Shown here: positions 13,758 to 29,540 of the stretch, in pieces
Layout of the letters: the number at the start of each line of letters is the position of its first letter
Numbering within the stretch: position 1 is the stretch's first letter
NCBI GenBank assembly: GCA_964016885.1
Contig: OZ024743.1
Location: forward strand, 266,042,001-266,106,000
DNA: 64,000 nucleotides
Source: Eledone cirrhosa
Lineage: Eukaryota
Direction: 5' to 3'
The notes under the pieces: generated by a model
What the model was told of the DNA's origin: nothing
What the model saw: the letters and a program-made list of their open reading frames with translations, nothing else
The model's database searches: none
Position numbers and translations under genes: made by a program

Positions 13758-13812
13758 AATATATATATATATGTGTATGTATGTATATATATGTATGTAT
13801 ATATGTGTGTGT
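13092..13812. repeat. Compound microsatellite block (CA)n/(TATG)n/(TA)n
   Basis: Seen directly; source of the spurious YIYI/VCMY ORFs. Confidence 0.95.
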
Positions 13813-14233
13813 ATGTATGTTTGTGCGTGTGTGTTAACATGCCCACAGTGCTGGAGCTTGAGCAGATCAGAATCATGTACTACACACACCCACTCAAGCG
13901 CAAACATTTCAATTTCAGCTTTTGTGTACTAACGAAAAGAGTTTTCAAAAATAAAAGTAAAAGCAATTGAGGCAGTTTTTTTCAGTAATAGATCCATGTT
14001 TCGTGTTGGAATCACCCATTTAGCATTTCTGGCTGTTTTTAAAGGATTTCTTCGGTAATTATTATCATTCTTGAAACATTTTCCCTTTTTTACGTCTTCC
14101 ATTAGAGCTTTTTCAACTTACATTTGGAAATATTATTTTTTATTTTATTTTAATACTATTATTGTTATATTATATTCGCTTCTTTTTTCATGTAACTCAT
14201 TTATTTCTGATTAGCTGTATATTATACGATATA

Positions 14234-14330
<97 letters not shown>

Positions 14331-14392
14331 TATGTGTATATATATATATATATATATAAATGTATATGTGTGTGTGTGAGTGTGTGTAAATA

Positions 14393-14432
<40 letters not shown>

Positions 14433-14624
14433 TGTGTGTGCATGTGTGAATCTGTGTGTGTGTATGTGTATGTGTATGTGTTGTTCATGACGCAGATGTA
14501 AATTTATCCCTACATTAAGGATCTATTGTCACTTAAATCAGATGATAAATATAGTTCTAGGGAAATTTGGAAAAGAAATAATGTAAGACGTATGCAGTAA
14601 CGAAAATACATTCAGGCAGATATT

Positions 14625-14917
<293 letters not shown>

Positions 14918-15792
14918 CAAACGTAATCATCAGAACTGCTAAACTATTAAAGATAATCTTTATAAGTATATATTGAGGTTTCCCCTTGGAATGTGAAGAA
15001 TTAGATTGTGTTCAGGCTTTAACTAATGAATGCCCTAACAACGAAGCCAGTTTATCTACACCGTAACATCCTGTCGTACTTTCATATGTTGAATGCTACA
15101 TTCAATTTGTATGTAATGTCATGTTTTTCATGCATTAATTGCTTATTTAATTTTGTCTTAATCTTTATAAATATACGAGGGGACGGGGTGTGTGGTTGTG
15201 TGTTTATCTAGAATTAGTTCATGCATAATATTAGCTGGAACTATTTGCTGAAATGGCTAAAATAGTAGTTATGTGGATTAGAGAGGCAAGAAATCCACCC
15301 GTTTACTTCTAGTCTCCCAGTAAGGGGTATTGTGAATCCTATGACACAAATAGAAATAAATCCTTTTAAGTTTCTCTATCTATATGTAGATCTACACAGG
15401 GACTTTTACACTCAAATACATAGATACATTTATTAGCCATTATATGTCATAGTGTACAGAGATGGCAATCATCTAGCTTACAGAATGTAAACAGACGTTG
15501 GCCGAATTTGTGATTGTACACCGAATATTGAACATTCAGCCGGATTTTCAGATACCAACCATAAGATTGACCACAATAGATGTTTTCTAGAATAATACCA
15601 TTGTTAAACGTATTTGACAAAATACATTAAACATTCAAATGGACACGCTATGATGTATTACATTGTGTAAATGCATTAGAATTGTATTTGCATATATGAA
15701 GACATATGGTCGTATATGTTCTACATACTAGACGTTTTTGGTGCTTCAATGCTATACATTAAATCTCTTTGCTGCTTTGCTGATGCATTTCT

Positions 15793-15849
<57 letters not shown>

Positions 15850-15888
15850 GATATTAACAAATGGAAATTATATTTATAAAACCATATT

Positions 15889-15953
15889 TATTTCATTATA
15901 CATATTTCAAGGATACCAAGTTAAATAATGGTATGCCTTCATCAGACAAAATA
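15889..15953 (-). ncRNA. Type I hammerhead ribozyme (family A)
   Basis: Minus strand reads tattttgt CTGATGA agg(c)atacca..tggtatcctt GAAA tatgta TA atgaaata. Confidence 0.8.
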
Positions 15954-15970
15954 CAATATATACCTGATAT

Positions 15971-16035
15971 ATATATGTCTGATGAAGGCATACCATAATT
16001 TAACTTGGTATCCTTGAAATATGTATAATGAAATA
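15971..16035 (+). ncRNA. Type I hammerhead ribozyme (family A; stem I shortened)
   Basis: tgt CTGATGA aggcatacca-taatttaact-tggtatcctt GAAA tatgta TA atgaaata. Confidence 0.7.
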
Positions 16036-16165
16036 AATATGGTTTTATAAATATAGTTTCCATTTGTTAATATCGTATAACTACTCCAAATACTTTTCGA
16101 GTGTTTTATATCAGTTATAAAAATATTTACTTGTTGTATCCCAACAATTTAAATACAACTTTTGC

Positions 16166-16255
<90 letters not shown>

Positions 16256-16258
16256 TTA

Positions 16259-17455
<1,197 letters not shown>

Positions 17456-17460
<5 letters not shown>

Positions 17461-17582
17461 AACGAGTAGGACCCCGACGGCTGAGCTCAAGCGGTTTCGA
17501 CGGCTAATTCTGGACGAATTGAGTCCAGAATTAGCCGTCGAAACGGCTTGAGCTCAGCCGTCGGGGTCCTACTCGTTCCTAT
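17456..17582. repeat. Near-perfect 60-bp hairpin containing an HHR 3' half
   Basis: Arms 17456-17515 and 17523-17582 differ at one position; 7-nt loop. Contains 'gccgtc GAAA c(c/g)gc TT gagc'. Confidence 0.9.
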
Positions 17583-17659
17583 TACCCACTCTACTACACT
17601 AAGTATTGAGTACTTTGGTGCGTTATGGTTCACCTGGTTCCTTACCACATTTCCTTCGT

Positions 17660-17773
<114 letters not shown>

Positions 17774-17801
17774 TGTATATATATATATATATATACACAT
17801 A

Positions 17802-17960
17802 TATTTATTGAAATAACAGATTTAAGTTTAAGCAAAGAATCGCTGCTTCCACCCTTAACTGGTTCTTCTGAAACTGTTTTTTCTTTAGTTTCAGAAGATC
17901 CCGTTAGGGGTGAAAGCAGCGAATGTTTGCTTAAACTTTAATCTGTTATTTTAATAAATA
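17802..17960. repeat. Inverted pair of a PLE pLTR end with HHR-like remnant
   Basis: ~74 bp arms. The right arm matches 59757-59830, the 3' end of the GIY-YIG PLE. Contains CAGAAGA..ccc/ggg..GAAA. Confidence 0.7.
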
Positions 17961-18048
17961 CTTGCTCAGGGTTCTTATATATTTGATATATATTTATCCT
18001 TATTGAGCCCGCTTTGGATGTTAGTCTTCGCATGTATTATTATTACTA

Positions 18049-18092
<44 letters not shown>

Positions 18093-18100
18093 AGTAAGTA

Positions 18101-18460
18101 AGTCAAATATGTAAAATTTGGCTTCGTTTATTATAAATTATAAATTTATTGCTATATATATTTCGGTGACAGCTATTATTGTCTGTGACCTTTTCAGGCA
18201 GTCCGAATTGGTGTGTTGTTAGTCCTCTGAGAACTGGAACCATATGGTTCCAGTTCCTCGGAGGACTAACAATACACCCAGGAGCTGGACATATCGATGT
18301 ATTGACAGAGTGAAACACACTTCAACAATATGAGTACCTGTCTTTTCCACAACAATTCGGACTGCCTGAAGATGTCACAGCCAATAATAGCTGTCACCGA
18401 AACATATATAGCAGTACATTTATAATTTATAATAAACGAAGCCAAATTTAACATATTTGA
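18101..18460. mobile_element. Family B inverted pair
   Basis: 18103-18210 is the reverse complement of ~18353-18460. The minus arm HHR (18148-18202) has a mutated core, CTGAAAA. Confidence 0.75.
18361..18415 (+). ncRNA. Type I hammerhead ribozyme (family B)
   Basis: actgc CTGAAGA tgtcacagc-caataata-gctgtcacc GAAA catata TA gcagt. Confidence 0.75.
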
Positions 18461-18577
18461 TTTCCTTAGTTTATTTTACATTACATCGGAGTGAACAAAC
18501 CAACCTGCGTACTTCGTCGAGTGCTCCAAACTGCATACTGAGGTGTCGGTAAACAACCATCATATACTCAAAATTCA

Positions 18578-18697
<120 letters not shown>

Positions 18698-19253
18698 CGT
18701 ATATGTATTTGTATATGCATATGAATATGTAAAAGTAAGATATCCGTAGATAAAAGGGCAACTAAATCAATGCTCCATCTATTGAAGGAAAACTTATATA
18801 ACATGTATCTGTGACCATTTGATTCGAGGTCCAGTTTTAGCCATGACTTTATAGTTAGAATTATTAGAGTGGACTTAAATATTATAAATATATTCTCTTA
18901 AGTATTTTAAGTGTTTGCAATATTGCAGACAGAAGAGATTTACAACAGCATAAGTTGCCTCCCTGATTCCCCAAATTAAACATTCTGCCATCTCCATTGT
19001 AGTGATCTCATTCAGATGGTTAGCACGCAACTCATACGGCATGCACACTACACACCGCTAAATTAAGGCTGAGAGTTCAAACACTCCGGAATTACCTCAT
19101 TGTTCATAATATGAACCACTCCACTGTTTAAAACCGGTATACAGTCGGCAAAAGGAGTTTCCTACATTGTTGGCTATAAATGGAACCCGAAACCAATGGT
19201 CGCGCATACATGTTGAATGTATGGAAATTTATTTCCACTACTGTACATATGTA

Positions 19254-19288
<35 letters not shown>

Positions 19289-19908
19289 GTATACATAAAT
19301 ATTAGCAATTTGGACTATTAAATTTGAACAACTTAAATTCGGCAAATTTATTCACTGACCACAAAAAGATATGTCAAATTCAAGAAAGAGAAGGAATTGA
19401 ATGTGCATCTTAAGAACAATATTAATATCCACTATTTTAACATGTGATGATAACCAGGTGGTTGATTGCGCAGTGTCAAATCCCGCATATTTAATAGATA
19501 ATTCCAAGCATATATAACAAAATGCTTCTGCTTAATCACAATCCAATTTGACACCTGCTGTGGAGATACCAGAATCATATACAGACTGAAACGGAAGCAA
19601 TCATAGAACACTACTTACAGACAACTAACTATTTCAGTGCATGAGATGTCACAATCAGCCGCTACTTTCACATAACATGTTATAATGGTCGATATAGCAT
19701 CGCGAATTCTTTGTAAAAATGCCATTTAATCAAGCTCTCCATTTCACATTTCCTTTATTATTCATTTACTATTTCCTGAAAAAGTTGGTCATATTTTCGG
19801 TCACAAAACCATTTGGTAATAAGTCAAACTATTCATATAAATACTCACAACAAACATATTATGTGTTCATTCCACTTTTCTTTCTTTTGTACTAAAAACA
19901 CACACGCA

Positions 19909-19945
<37 letters not shown>

Positions 19946-19969
19946 ACACACACACACACTCGCGCGCGA

Positions 19970-20027
<58 letters not shown>

Positions 20028-20029
20028 AG

Positions 20030-20880
20030 ATCAAAAGATGGTTAAAGGAGTTCCATATATTTTATTATGCGCATTTCAAAAACAAACATCATCATGCAAT
20101 AATATTTGTGTTTTCATCAGATAAAACAGGAGAACATGATATGAAGGCTAAAAAACACTTGTGGATAGTGCAGTTTTAAATCAACATATTAAAAGTGGTT
20201 TTAGATTGATGTGTGATATTGGGAAAAATATTTTATTTAGAGAGGGGGGGGAAGGATGAAAAGGGAAGGAGATGAGAGGGAGAGATGGGTGATAGAGAGA
20301 AAGAGATAGTTTTTATAACTGAGAGGAGATATATCTTTTACATAGAGAGGTTGAAAACCGTTGGAAGATACTGTATAAATTAAACATTTTGAAAATTAAC
20401 GAAGGGAGGATATGTGCGAGGAAAAAATATTTTATTTAGGGAGGGGGGGGGGGGGGGAAAGGATGAAAAAAAGGGGGAGGAGATGAGAGTGAAGGTGGAG
20501 AGGGAGAGATGGGTGATAGAGAGAAAGAGATAGTTTTTATAACTGAGAAAAAGATATATTGTTTTAAAATAGAGAGGTTAGGAACCGTTGGAAGATAATG
20601 TATAAATTAAAGGAATTTGAAAATTAACGAAGGGAAATTATGTATGAAGATAGAGAGAAAAAAATAATAATTGTGGGTGAATATTCTAACGTCAAAAAAA
20701 AGAAATGTATGTATTGTGGCAATTTCAAAATTAGCGAAGAGAAAAATTGTTAAGGTTTGTGTGTAGAAGGATTTGAGAAAAATAATGTGAAGTTAAAGTT
20801 TGTATATTGATTGAATTGATAATATGTGCGAATAAAGAGTTAATATGTATTAATAATGAGTTCGTTGATGGGGAGAAAAA
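20030..20880 (-). mobile_element. PLE remnant with HHR and ~200 bp tandem duplication
   Basis: HHR near the 3' end. Duplication 20222-20420 / 20421-20645. Minus frame near 20670-20770 reads LNNFSLR*F*NCHNTYISFFDVRI, weakly like the PLE RT 'LNNF...I.FLDV.I'. Confidence 0.45.
20060..20126 (-). ncRNA. Type I hammerhead ribozyme (family D), canonical
   Basis: Minus strand reads ttttat CTGATGA aaac-acaaatatt..gatgtttgt-tttt GAAA tgcgca TA ataaaa. 6-bp stem I, palindromic stem III atgcgcat. Confidence 0.85.
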
Positions 20881-20974
20881 AATATATATATATGAATATG
20901 TATACATACATACAGGAGCATACAGCTATACATTTATATATATATTTATATATTTATATACATATGTACATATG

Positions 20975-21036
<62 letters not shown>

Positions 21037-21073
21037 CATGCGTATGCTCTTGTATGTATATATATATATATGA

Positions 21074-21111
<38 letters not shown>

Positions 21112-21116
21112 GTATA

Positions 21117-21207
<91 letters not shown>

Positions 21208-21208
21208 A

Positions 21209-21309
<101 letters not shown>

Positions 21310-21474
21310 ATAATAATAAATTTGAAGACTAAAATCCAAAGAGGGCTCGATAAGAATAAATATATATCAAATATATAAGAACCATATATATATATATATA
21401 TCTAATGGTAGCTAAGATGGTTCCATAGGTGGTATGCCGGTTGAGCAGTCTATGCTCATACGGAGCAGAGTATT

Positions 21475-21714
21475 ATAGGATGGAAAACGAAAAATCAGTG
21501 ATGTATCGGAACTCACTTTATTGTGTATTACAATTGTTTTCCCGTCGAACAGCTCGATGTGCGATCCGTGTGTGGGATCTACCTGACTCTAGACTCGCAG
21601 GTTCCTCAGACACGTCTATTGATTTCGGATCATATCCTCTTTCTGAGGATATGATCCGAAAGTCATACAATAAATTGGTTCCGATGCATCACTGATTTTT
21701 CGTTTTCCATTCTC

Positions 21715-21715
<1 letters not shown>
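21475..21715. repeat. Nested inverted repeats with HHR remnant
   Basis: Outer arms 'atggaaaacgaaaaatcagtgatgtatcggaac' / 'gttccgatgcatcactgattttttcgttttccat'. Inner hairpin tttcggatcatatcctc/gaggatatgatccgaaa (stem II ggat/atcc plus GAAA). Confidence 0.6.
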
Positions 21716-21749
<34 letters not shown>

Positions 21750-21753
<4 letters not shown>

Positions 21754-22009
21754 TAAAAAGTTGAAATCGAAACGAAAATGCTACTGGAGCATTTCTTCTA
21801 CTTTTGAAAAGTAGAATTGAGATGTAGGGTTTGTGGTTTTTCTCACATCTGGTTTGTCTTTGCATGTTACTTCTGTTTTATATGAAAAAAAAATGGCTCG
21901 AAATGCTAGGTTTTTAGAGAAGTAATTTGGTTGGTTGGTGAATAACTATAATAAATTTCGCGCCAGTTCGCGTTACGAAGTTCTTATTATATTTGCCCTT
22001 TAAAAAAGT

Positions 22010-22040
<31 letters not shown>

Positions 22041-23140
22041 GGGCTCAGGGTGTTTTTTCATATATGAGTGAAGTTTGGTTGGTTGATGCAGTCACATGAA
22101 TAAGCACATCACCTTTCACGTCAGTTTGTGTTTAAATTTCTTTTTACTTTAAAAAAAGGTGGCTCCCGAAGGCTTTTTTTAATAAATGTAATTTGCTTGG
22201 TTATAAATGAAATTCTGACTTTCATGTGAACAAGTATATTAAATTTCTCGCCCGTATTTTGGAATTTTTTTGTAACCATTTAGAGAAGTTTGTGGAAAAA
22301 CAGAAGATAATGGTCAGGAAAAAGGGATGGAGAGAGTTGTTCTGAGTGTGACTGATGTGCTGAAATGTAATTTGATTGGTTATAAAGAAAATTAGGACTG
22401 TCACGTGAACAAGTCCATTAAATATCGCACCCGTATTTGGGAATTTATTTTGTAGCCTTTTAGAGAGGTTTGTGCCAAACAAAAGATAATAGTCAAGAAC
22501 AATGGGATGGGGAGAATTGTTCTGGTTCAGTGAATATAGCTGGTGTGCTGGGGTGTCAAAATTCAGACTTTCTATTCAAATAAAGAAAGTAGAGATATGT
22601 ATGTTTATTTGTGTGCGTGTGTGTGTATGAAGATGATTCTATTAGTAGAAATGTGGGCCACCTTTTTTTAAAGTAAAAATAAATTCAAACACAAACTGGC
22701 GCGAAAGCTGAGGTGCTTATTCACATGACTACATCAACCATCCAAACTTAACTCATATGAAAAAACAACCTGAGCCCCCGGCCTTTTTTTGAAGGCAAAT
22801 ATAATAAGAACTTTGTAACGCGAACTGTCGTGAAATTCATTATAGCTATTCGCCGACCAACCAAATTACTTCTCTAAAAACCTAGCATTTCGAGCCAATT
22901 TTTTCCATATAAAACAGAAGTAACTTTCAAAGACCAACCAGATGTAAGAAAATCCACAAACCCGCAATCTCAATTCTACTTTTGAAAAGGAGAAAAACTG
23001 CGAAACCGGTAAAGGAACCAAATAAATATATATTTTAAAAAAAAAGACTAGAATTGCATTTTCGATTTCATCTTTTTTCCTTATGCTTTCACTGGTGTAG
23101 GACACCTCGTTTTTTTGTTCATTATCTAAAAAAACCTAAC

Positions 23141-23147
<7 letters not shown>
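21750..23147 (+). mobile_element. Non-autonomous PLE-like element, family C, with long 5' inversion
   Basis: ~21795-22165 is the reverse complement of ~22657-22990. Internal ~180 bp tandem duplication at 22185-22525. HHR at 22979-23015. Tail homologous to 38195-38530. Confidence 0.7.
22979..23015 (+). ncRNA. Minimal hammerhead ribozyme, U3:A8 variant (family C)
   Basis: ctt TTGAAAA ggag-aaaaa-ctgc GAAA ccgg TA aagg; one stem II mismatch. Confidence 0.65.
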
Positions 23148-23221
<74 letters not shown>

Positions 23222-23362
23222 TGTATATGCATATGCTCTTGTATGTATACAGAGAGTTATTTGGAAACATTTAAGGAACATCTGAAAAATTAATCTTAAA
23301 ATATAACAAATAACTTGATTAAAAACATAGTGTTTTATCTTTTCATTATTTCTTTCGTCCTG

Positions 23363-23545
23363 GGCGGTGAATTGGCGCTATAAGTAGAGGGTTGGCGCCA
23401 TGCTTTCTACCATAGTTACGTCCCTTTACAGTCTGAGTTCAAATCCCGCCGAGGTTAACTTTGCCTTTCATCCTTACGGGGTCGATAAAATAAAGTACCA
23501 GTAATGTACTGGGTAATTGCTGGCCTTGTGCCTAAAGTAGAAACA
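23363..23545 (+). mobile_element. MetaSINE-like tRNA-derived SINE with 18-bp TSD
   Basis: B-box 'gagttcaaatccc', core 'gcctttcatccttacggggtcgataaaataaagtacc'. TSD attatttctttcgtcctg at 23345-23362 and 23546-23563. Confidence 0.85.
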
Positions 23546-25685
23546 ATTATTTCTTTCGTCCTGTTACTGCTGTTGATTCCTTTTATTTTTGCACAAAATT
23601 GTGTCTGCTCCGAAGAAATTTTAATTTACCGAAAGAAATGGCAGCTAGAAAAAGAAATGCAAATATTGTTATGTTTGTAAATTAAAGTTGTGCGTAGAAA
23701 GCCTTTAGCGGTCTGGAGTTTTAAATATGACTTATTTAGATATCAGATATCGGTTTCGTGGAAATTGAAGATGGAATAAGACTTTCCTGAAAGATGTTAG
23801 AAATCTCGGGAATTTAAGATGAAATAGAAATTCTGTAAGACACTATAACTAATACTCGTACAATTTCATAAAAAACGTTTAAAACGAAAAAAAATAAATA
23901 ATAAATAAATAAATAGAAAACAATTTGGATTTTTAACGTCTGTGACTAAGTATTTATTCCATCTTGAATTTCTGTGAATAAGATATTTGATACCTAAAAG
24001 AAAATATAAAAAAACTTTGATTTCTAAATTCTGTGTGTAAATTCTTATTTTCATTTTATTTCAAAATAGCGTAGTCTATTTACATTTCTTTAAAAAGTTC
24101 GTAATTCGTAAATAGTTGCCACGTTTTGCAACAGTAGATAACGAGTGCATTGTAAAATCTCAGTGATTTGGGATTTTCGAAGAATTGTATCGAACTCATT
24201 CGACGCAAAGCGATGTAGGGTCAAAAGCTGATATGGATAATACATAATACGTTGCGTGAGTAAAGAAAAAGCTCGATTGAAATTTAAGAGAGAATAATAA
24301 ATAAAAATATGATTATAAATGTTGTCATATGTGTGCTCAACAGAAAAATTAAAATAATGCTCTTTTGTAGACCCAAGTATAAATTGACGAGCAAAGTGTT
24401 TAAACTGTATATATGATAAACGTCCAATAACACAATGACAGTGTGTTTGGCAAGAGAAGAATAAATTTGCCACCGTCAAATGAACGACAGAAGAAGTTAA
24501 CGCCCCCAGTAGTGTAATAGAGTAAGGGCGTCAGATATAAAATGGAAACGATCCGCAGAGAATACCCACAGCAACTGTATTGATGTCAGATATGATTTAA
24601 CAGTCTGTAAAGTAAACAGAAAGACAAAGTTAGAAAAACAAGAGATATGAATGGTGCCCTTAAGAGGTAGATTCATGACAATGACTGAGCCAACCAATGA
24701 ATAAGTGCTAAATAAATATAAACGTGACACAAAACGTGATATATATCGGTCCAATAGACTAGAAGATACATGACGGTTAAACAATTGCCAAAGATTTCCT
24801 ACAGGAGAGAAAAAAGGTTGGCAGAAAAAGTTCAGGAAAAACGCGTAGGAATAACGTTAAATTCGACTAGTTGAAATTAGAAGAACCAATACAATTTCAA
24901 ATGTAACGATGATAGCCATATGCAATGCTTATGTTATAAAATTCCTAAGCCACAAAAGGAAATTATAATCCAGCCTCATTATATATAGGAAAGAAGATAT
25001 AACGCTGAAATAAAGTTTGTTGCCGGAATATCACCGAGGCGTGAGACACTAGTTGATAGAAAACATATCCAGGACAAATATAAATAAGTATATAGAATAT
25101 TGAGCAGTATGTATTGAGAAATATCTCATCATTTCATTGTCAAACAGTGGAATGTATATATGTATATATGTATATATATATATATATATATAGCGAGAGA
25201 GAGAGAGGGCGAGAGAGAGAGATCGAATTACGATGATTTTGATCTGGTTGCGTACAGCATGCTCAATGGATATTCTAGAGCAAACACTTATATTAAATTC
25301 CTATAAGGCAACAATCCTAACCAGGAATCCCTACACTGAAGCATAGAAAATATCCACCTTACCACTAAATGTTTAAATCAATACTGGTATTTCACGTGTG
25401 AGAATTAAGCTGACTACTAAGTCAACCGGACATCACCAATATCACATGCCTGGGGTATAGCGGTAGAGCCAAAAATAGAACCACCGCTATTGCCTATGAA
25501 AGAGCTTGACTAATATTTATTATTATATATTTTTTATACACCTTCTCCTACGTACCCTCTCTATTAAATGTAGTTTTTCATGTTACAACTTATGGTATAT
25601 AAATATTGAGTTTTGTCATAACTAATCACTGCCAAGACTGGAATTGAACCATCAGCACAGTTGAGGTATGTCAGACATCAATTTG

Positions 25686-25747
25686 TTTAATCTGATGAGG
25701 ACGTACTGATGAAATAGCTCAGTACCTCTGAAATATGTATAATAAAA
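25686..25747 (+). ncRNA. Type I hammerhead ribozyme (family E; weak stem I)
   Basis: tttaat CTGATGA gga(c)gtactga..tcagtac(c)tct GAAA tatgta TA ataaaa. Confidence 0.65.
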
Positions 25748-25812
25748 TATATTTGATCACATGAATGTCTATATTTATTAATATTTTGAAGTAATATATA
25801 TATATATATTTA

Positions 25813-25876
<64 letters not shown>

Positions 25877-27183
25877 TAGAGAGAGTGGGGGGGAGAAAGA
25901 GATAGAGCGCGAGAGAGAGAGATGGAGGCTGTGTAGTTACTGGATAATTTGTATTTATAAATAAGAGGAAAGCACGAACGAGGGATGATTTCCCTTCATC
26001 AATAGTCTGCTGGGATCATGGATATTTCTATCCATTAAAGACACGATATCTACCTCCAGTGCGTCAATAACTAAAGGAAGTTATTGGGGGTGAGGGGGAG
26101 AAACAAATATATAACAGAAGGGAAAAGGGAAGAAGAAAAAAAAAAAGCACATGTGTGTAAGCAACTCGAAGAGAGAGAGAGAGACTAATTACAGTTAACA
26201 TCAGCTACTAGACTTAAAACCGTGGCTGTGTGGACATACAAAATTTCGCACTCAGACTTACAATACCATATATAAATATATATATATGTGTTTGTGTATA
26301 TATGTTGTCTGTGTGTATATATATGTTGTCTTTGCATATCTCCATATGAAACATATGATGAAACATATCTACTATGTAAGGCCACCCGTAAATGACCCTT
26401 ATGTATGTTTAATGAAATCAAGGAATAGTTTATCTCATATGGTTCTAGAATTAATAAGAAGGTCAGTGGGATATCAAGAAGGTTGCTAAGAAATCCATGA
26501 ACATGTTTAAGCTCTGGAGCTTTGTGTGTATATTTTTGTAGGTAATGTATGTGTGAAAATGTCTGTTGTTCGTTCGTTTTATAAGAATATAATGTGAGTG
26601 AGTTCCAGTGTCTTCACTACGCAATTCTAAATGTAATTGGCCATCGTTTTTAACTGGTATCAGACTAATATCTATACGGACCAATATAGTCGCAAGCAGA
26701 AAACTTCTTATCTGTCTCAGTCTTGATGAAGTGGAATATTATAGATGTGACAGCTTGAGTGAAAGAGGGTTGCACCGGTACAGGTGTGATACTTTATTCA
26801 TAGCCGCCAAAATAATCAAAGTCAAATTTGTTCTCGGGGAGATTTGAACTCAGTGACTGTGGATGAACTGCTGCAACGCAATTTATCCGTCGCTGGAGTG
26901 AACTAACTATTCAACCGCTTTTGTCTTTTGCTTGATCTTTCTAATTTATTGTTCTAAATTTGCCGTTCGTAATGTATTGAACTATCATATCTCCTTACAT
27001 ACCCATCATTCTATCTACATGTGTATCTATCTAACTGCACACCTACATATCTATTTATCTACTGATGCACCTATTTGTTCATCTGCATTAAAACCTACGT
27101 AGCAACGCACACACCAAGTAAACAATTCATTTTTTTATATCTTAATAAAGTATCTATATGTTCATGTATCTTTATGCTTCCAG

Positions 27184-27333
27184 GTAACAGTCGAAGAGAC
27201 CCACTTCTAGGAGTGGTATGCGGGAACGAAGCCAAAACTTACATATCTACAGGGCAGCAATTGCTGGTCGTACTACAGGGACATACAAACTTAACTGGTC
27301 GATTCCTGGCTACTTATTATTCTGAGAGGAGAG
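27184..27333 (+). CDS. Host gene exon encoding the C-terminal half of a CUB domain
   Basis: Acceptor 'tttatgcttccag', donor 'g|gtaagt', 150 bp, phase 1-1. Translation GNSRRDPLLGVVCGNEAKTYISTGQQLLVVLQGHTNLTGRFLATYYSERR fits the CUB pattern (G....PLLG..CG.....STG..LLV.......F.ATY). Confidence 0.8.
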
Positions 27334-28366
27334 GTAAGTGTATACAACAAAATCTTCGCATGTCCTTCTTTCGATACTGACATTATAATTAAGTATGTTC
27401 TTCATTCGTCAACATCTAAAGATAATCGAGAGCCTAGATATCGTTTTCTATTTTAGTCTTTAAATTGTGTCATTTACTGCTTGGTAGGCAAAGTAATCAA
27501 CTTGTTGTGGCACTGTTCGATAGATTGACCACGTGCTACTTCTAAATATCACACTACATCATACTGAACCAACCAAGAAAAACTTGAATAACATATCCTG
27601 CCACACCACAACAGTTTTATCTTGATTATACAATATCATACCACAACACAACTTACAACACGATAGCATGCCATTCCATATCTCTGCAAACAACCCTACT
27701 GTCATCTTTGCACACCCCATCACACCATACCATACTACACTACAACACACTACACTACAACACGTAACATTTTACCATATGGAATTACACTAAAACACAG
27801 CAAACCTTTGCTCACATGACAAGTAACGTAGCTCAATACATAATATACATTACAGCAGAGCAGCTTAACCGTAACTGGAGTCTCTATGAAGTCTTTGGAC
27901 ATGCTAGAAATAGCAGCCTACTTTTCCAAAATGTTCATGATTCCTTAAAAATAAATGGTTGAAAAATGTGGTGCTGTGTGCATTGCACATTGGTAAAAAG
28001 TCCCTTTATATCTATATACGCATATCCTTATTTCCAAGCATGTTTCTTTGTTCAGTAATTTAGACATTTTAAAGAAAATGTTTTAAACCAAACCAAATGA
28101 AGTAAAACATATTGCAAATATTTATATTTTAATCAGCCTAAGAGAAATAGCATCCCTGGAATTGTCTCTAAATGATGACTAATGCATTCTTGTAGTTTAA
28201 CATAGTCACGAATGAACTGCATTAAAATATAATTTTAACGATCAATTCAAATAAGAAGTGTAACTGATGTAGGCTTCATTCAAATGATAATTGGGGTGAA
28301 AATGTTCTGTCACATGCATACATATATACATATATACATACACATATATACATACATATACATATA

Positions 28367-28429
<63 letters not shown>

Positions 28430-29474
28430 GTTATTCCGGGTTGAATCGGAGGTAACCACAGTAAGTAAGGTACTCAATACATTGCAGAGTATAAAAGTGT
28501 TAATAGAGATGAGATTCTACAGGACTAGAACTGTATATATATATATATATATATACATATATAAATATGTATATATATATATATACATATTTATATATAT
28601 ATACATATTTATATATATGTGTGTGTGTGTTTGTGTGTGTATGTGTGTGTTTGTGTGTGTGTGTGAGCGCGGTCGCGTGTGAACCTCGTCGTGTGTGCGT
28701 AATTGGATTTATGTCTATTGATGTTGCGTAATTTCTAATGCTATATTTCAGGCAGATGGGTAATTGGCGGAATCGTTATAATGTTGGATAGAATACTTTG
28801 CAGTATTCGTTCCGTTTCTCTGCGCCAAAGTTAACGCTTCCTTCCATGTTTCTGACGTCGATGAAAAAAAAATTACAAGTCCAGCATTGGGTCAATTATT
28901 TTTCTACATCTGTTTCTCACTTCTTCTAAATCACTAGAGTGCCTTACTCCTTAATTTGTCCTTATTTCTATTTAGAGAGGGGATGGTCTTCCTCATGTTT
29001 GAGAAAATACCCAAGAAACGGCGTATCTCACTTCAACGCCTCTACGACTCTATCAGGGATGAAGCGAAAAAAAAAAAAGAAAAAAGAAAGATATGTTTCA
29101 GGCAGAGTTAAACCAGTTCGATTTAGTTTAGTATTGAAACAGAAACCAAATATAGGATTAAAATCATTGTCTAAAAACTTTATAGAATCTACTTTACTTT
29201 TACGTATTCAGTAGCTGTTACTGTATTTCTGTTGAGAAGCTTCAGGCTTGCACTGAATGTTATTCATTCTTGCATTACAAAAGGTAAAATAACCAACACT
29301 AACCACATTCTTATATGTGCCGGAGGCTTTCATATGCATAAGTGTATAAATGAATAAATAGATCAGTGCGAAGAGATATATGTGAGTATCTTCAGTTTGT
29401 ATCTCTGTGTAAATGTGTGTATGAGTGTATGTACGTATGTTCGTATATATATAGGAAAATGTTTAACCCCGACG

Positions 29475-29540
<66 letters not shown>

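Larger units (their letters stand above)
15848..16163. mobile_element. Family A inverted pair (head-to-head pLTR-like arms)
   Basis: 15848-15948 is the reverse complement of ~15976-16077 and is homologous to 3231-3425. TA-flanked. Confidence 0.75.

Noticed and set aside
23363-23460. tRNA gene
   Set aside because: A/B-box-like motifs belong to a SINE head with TSD; no cloverleaf.
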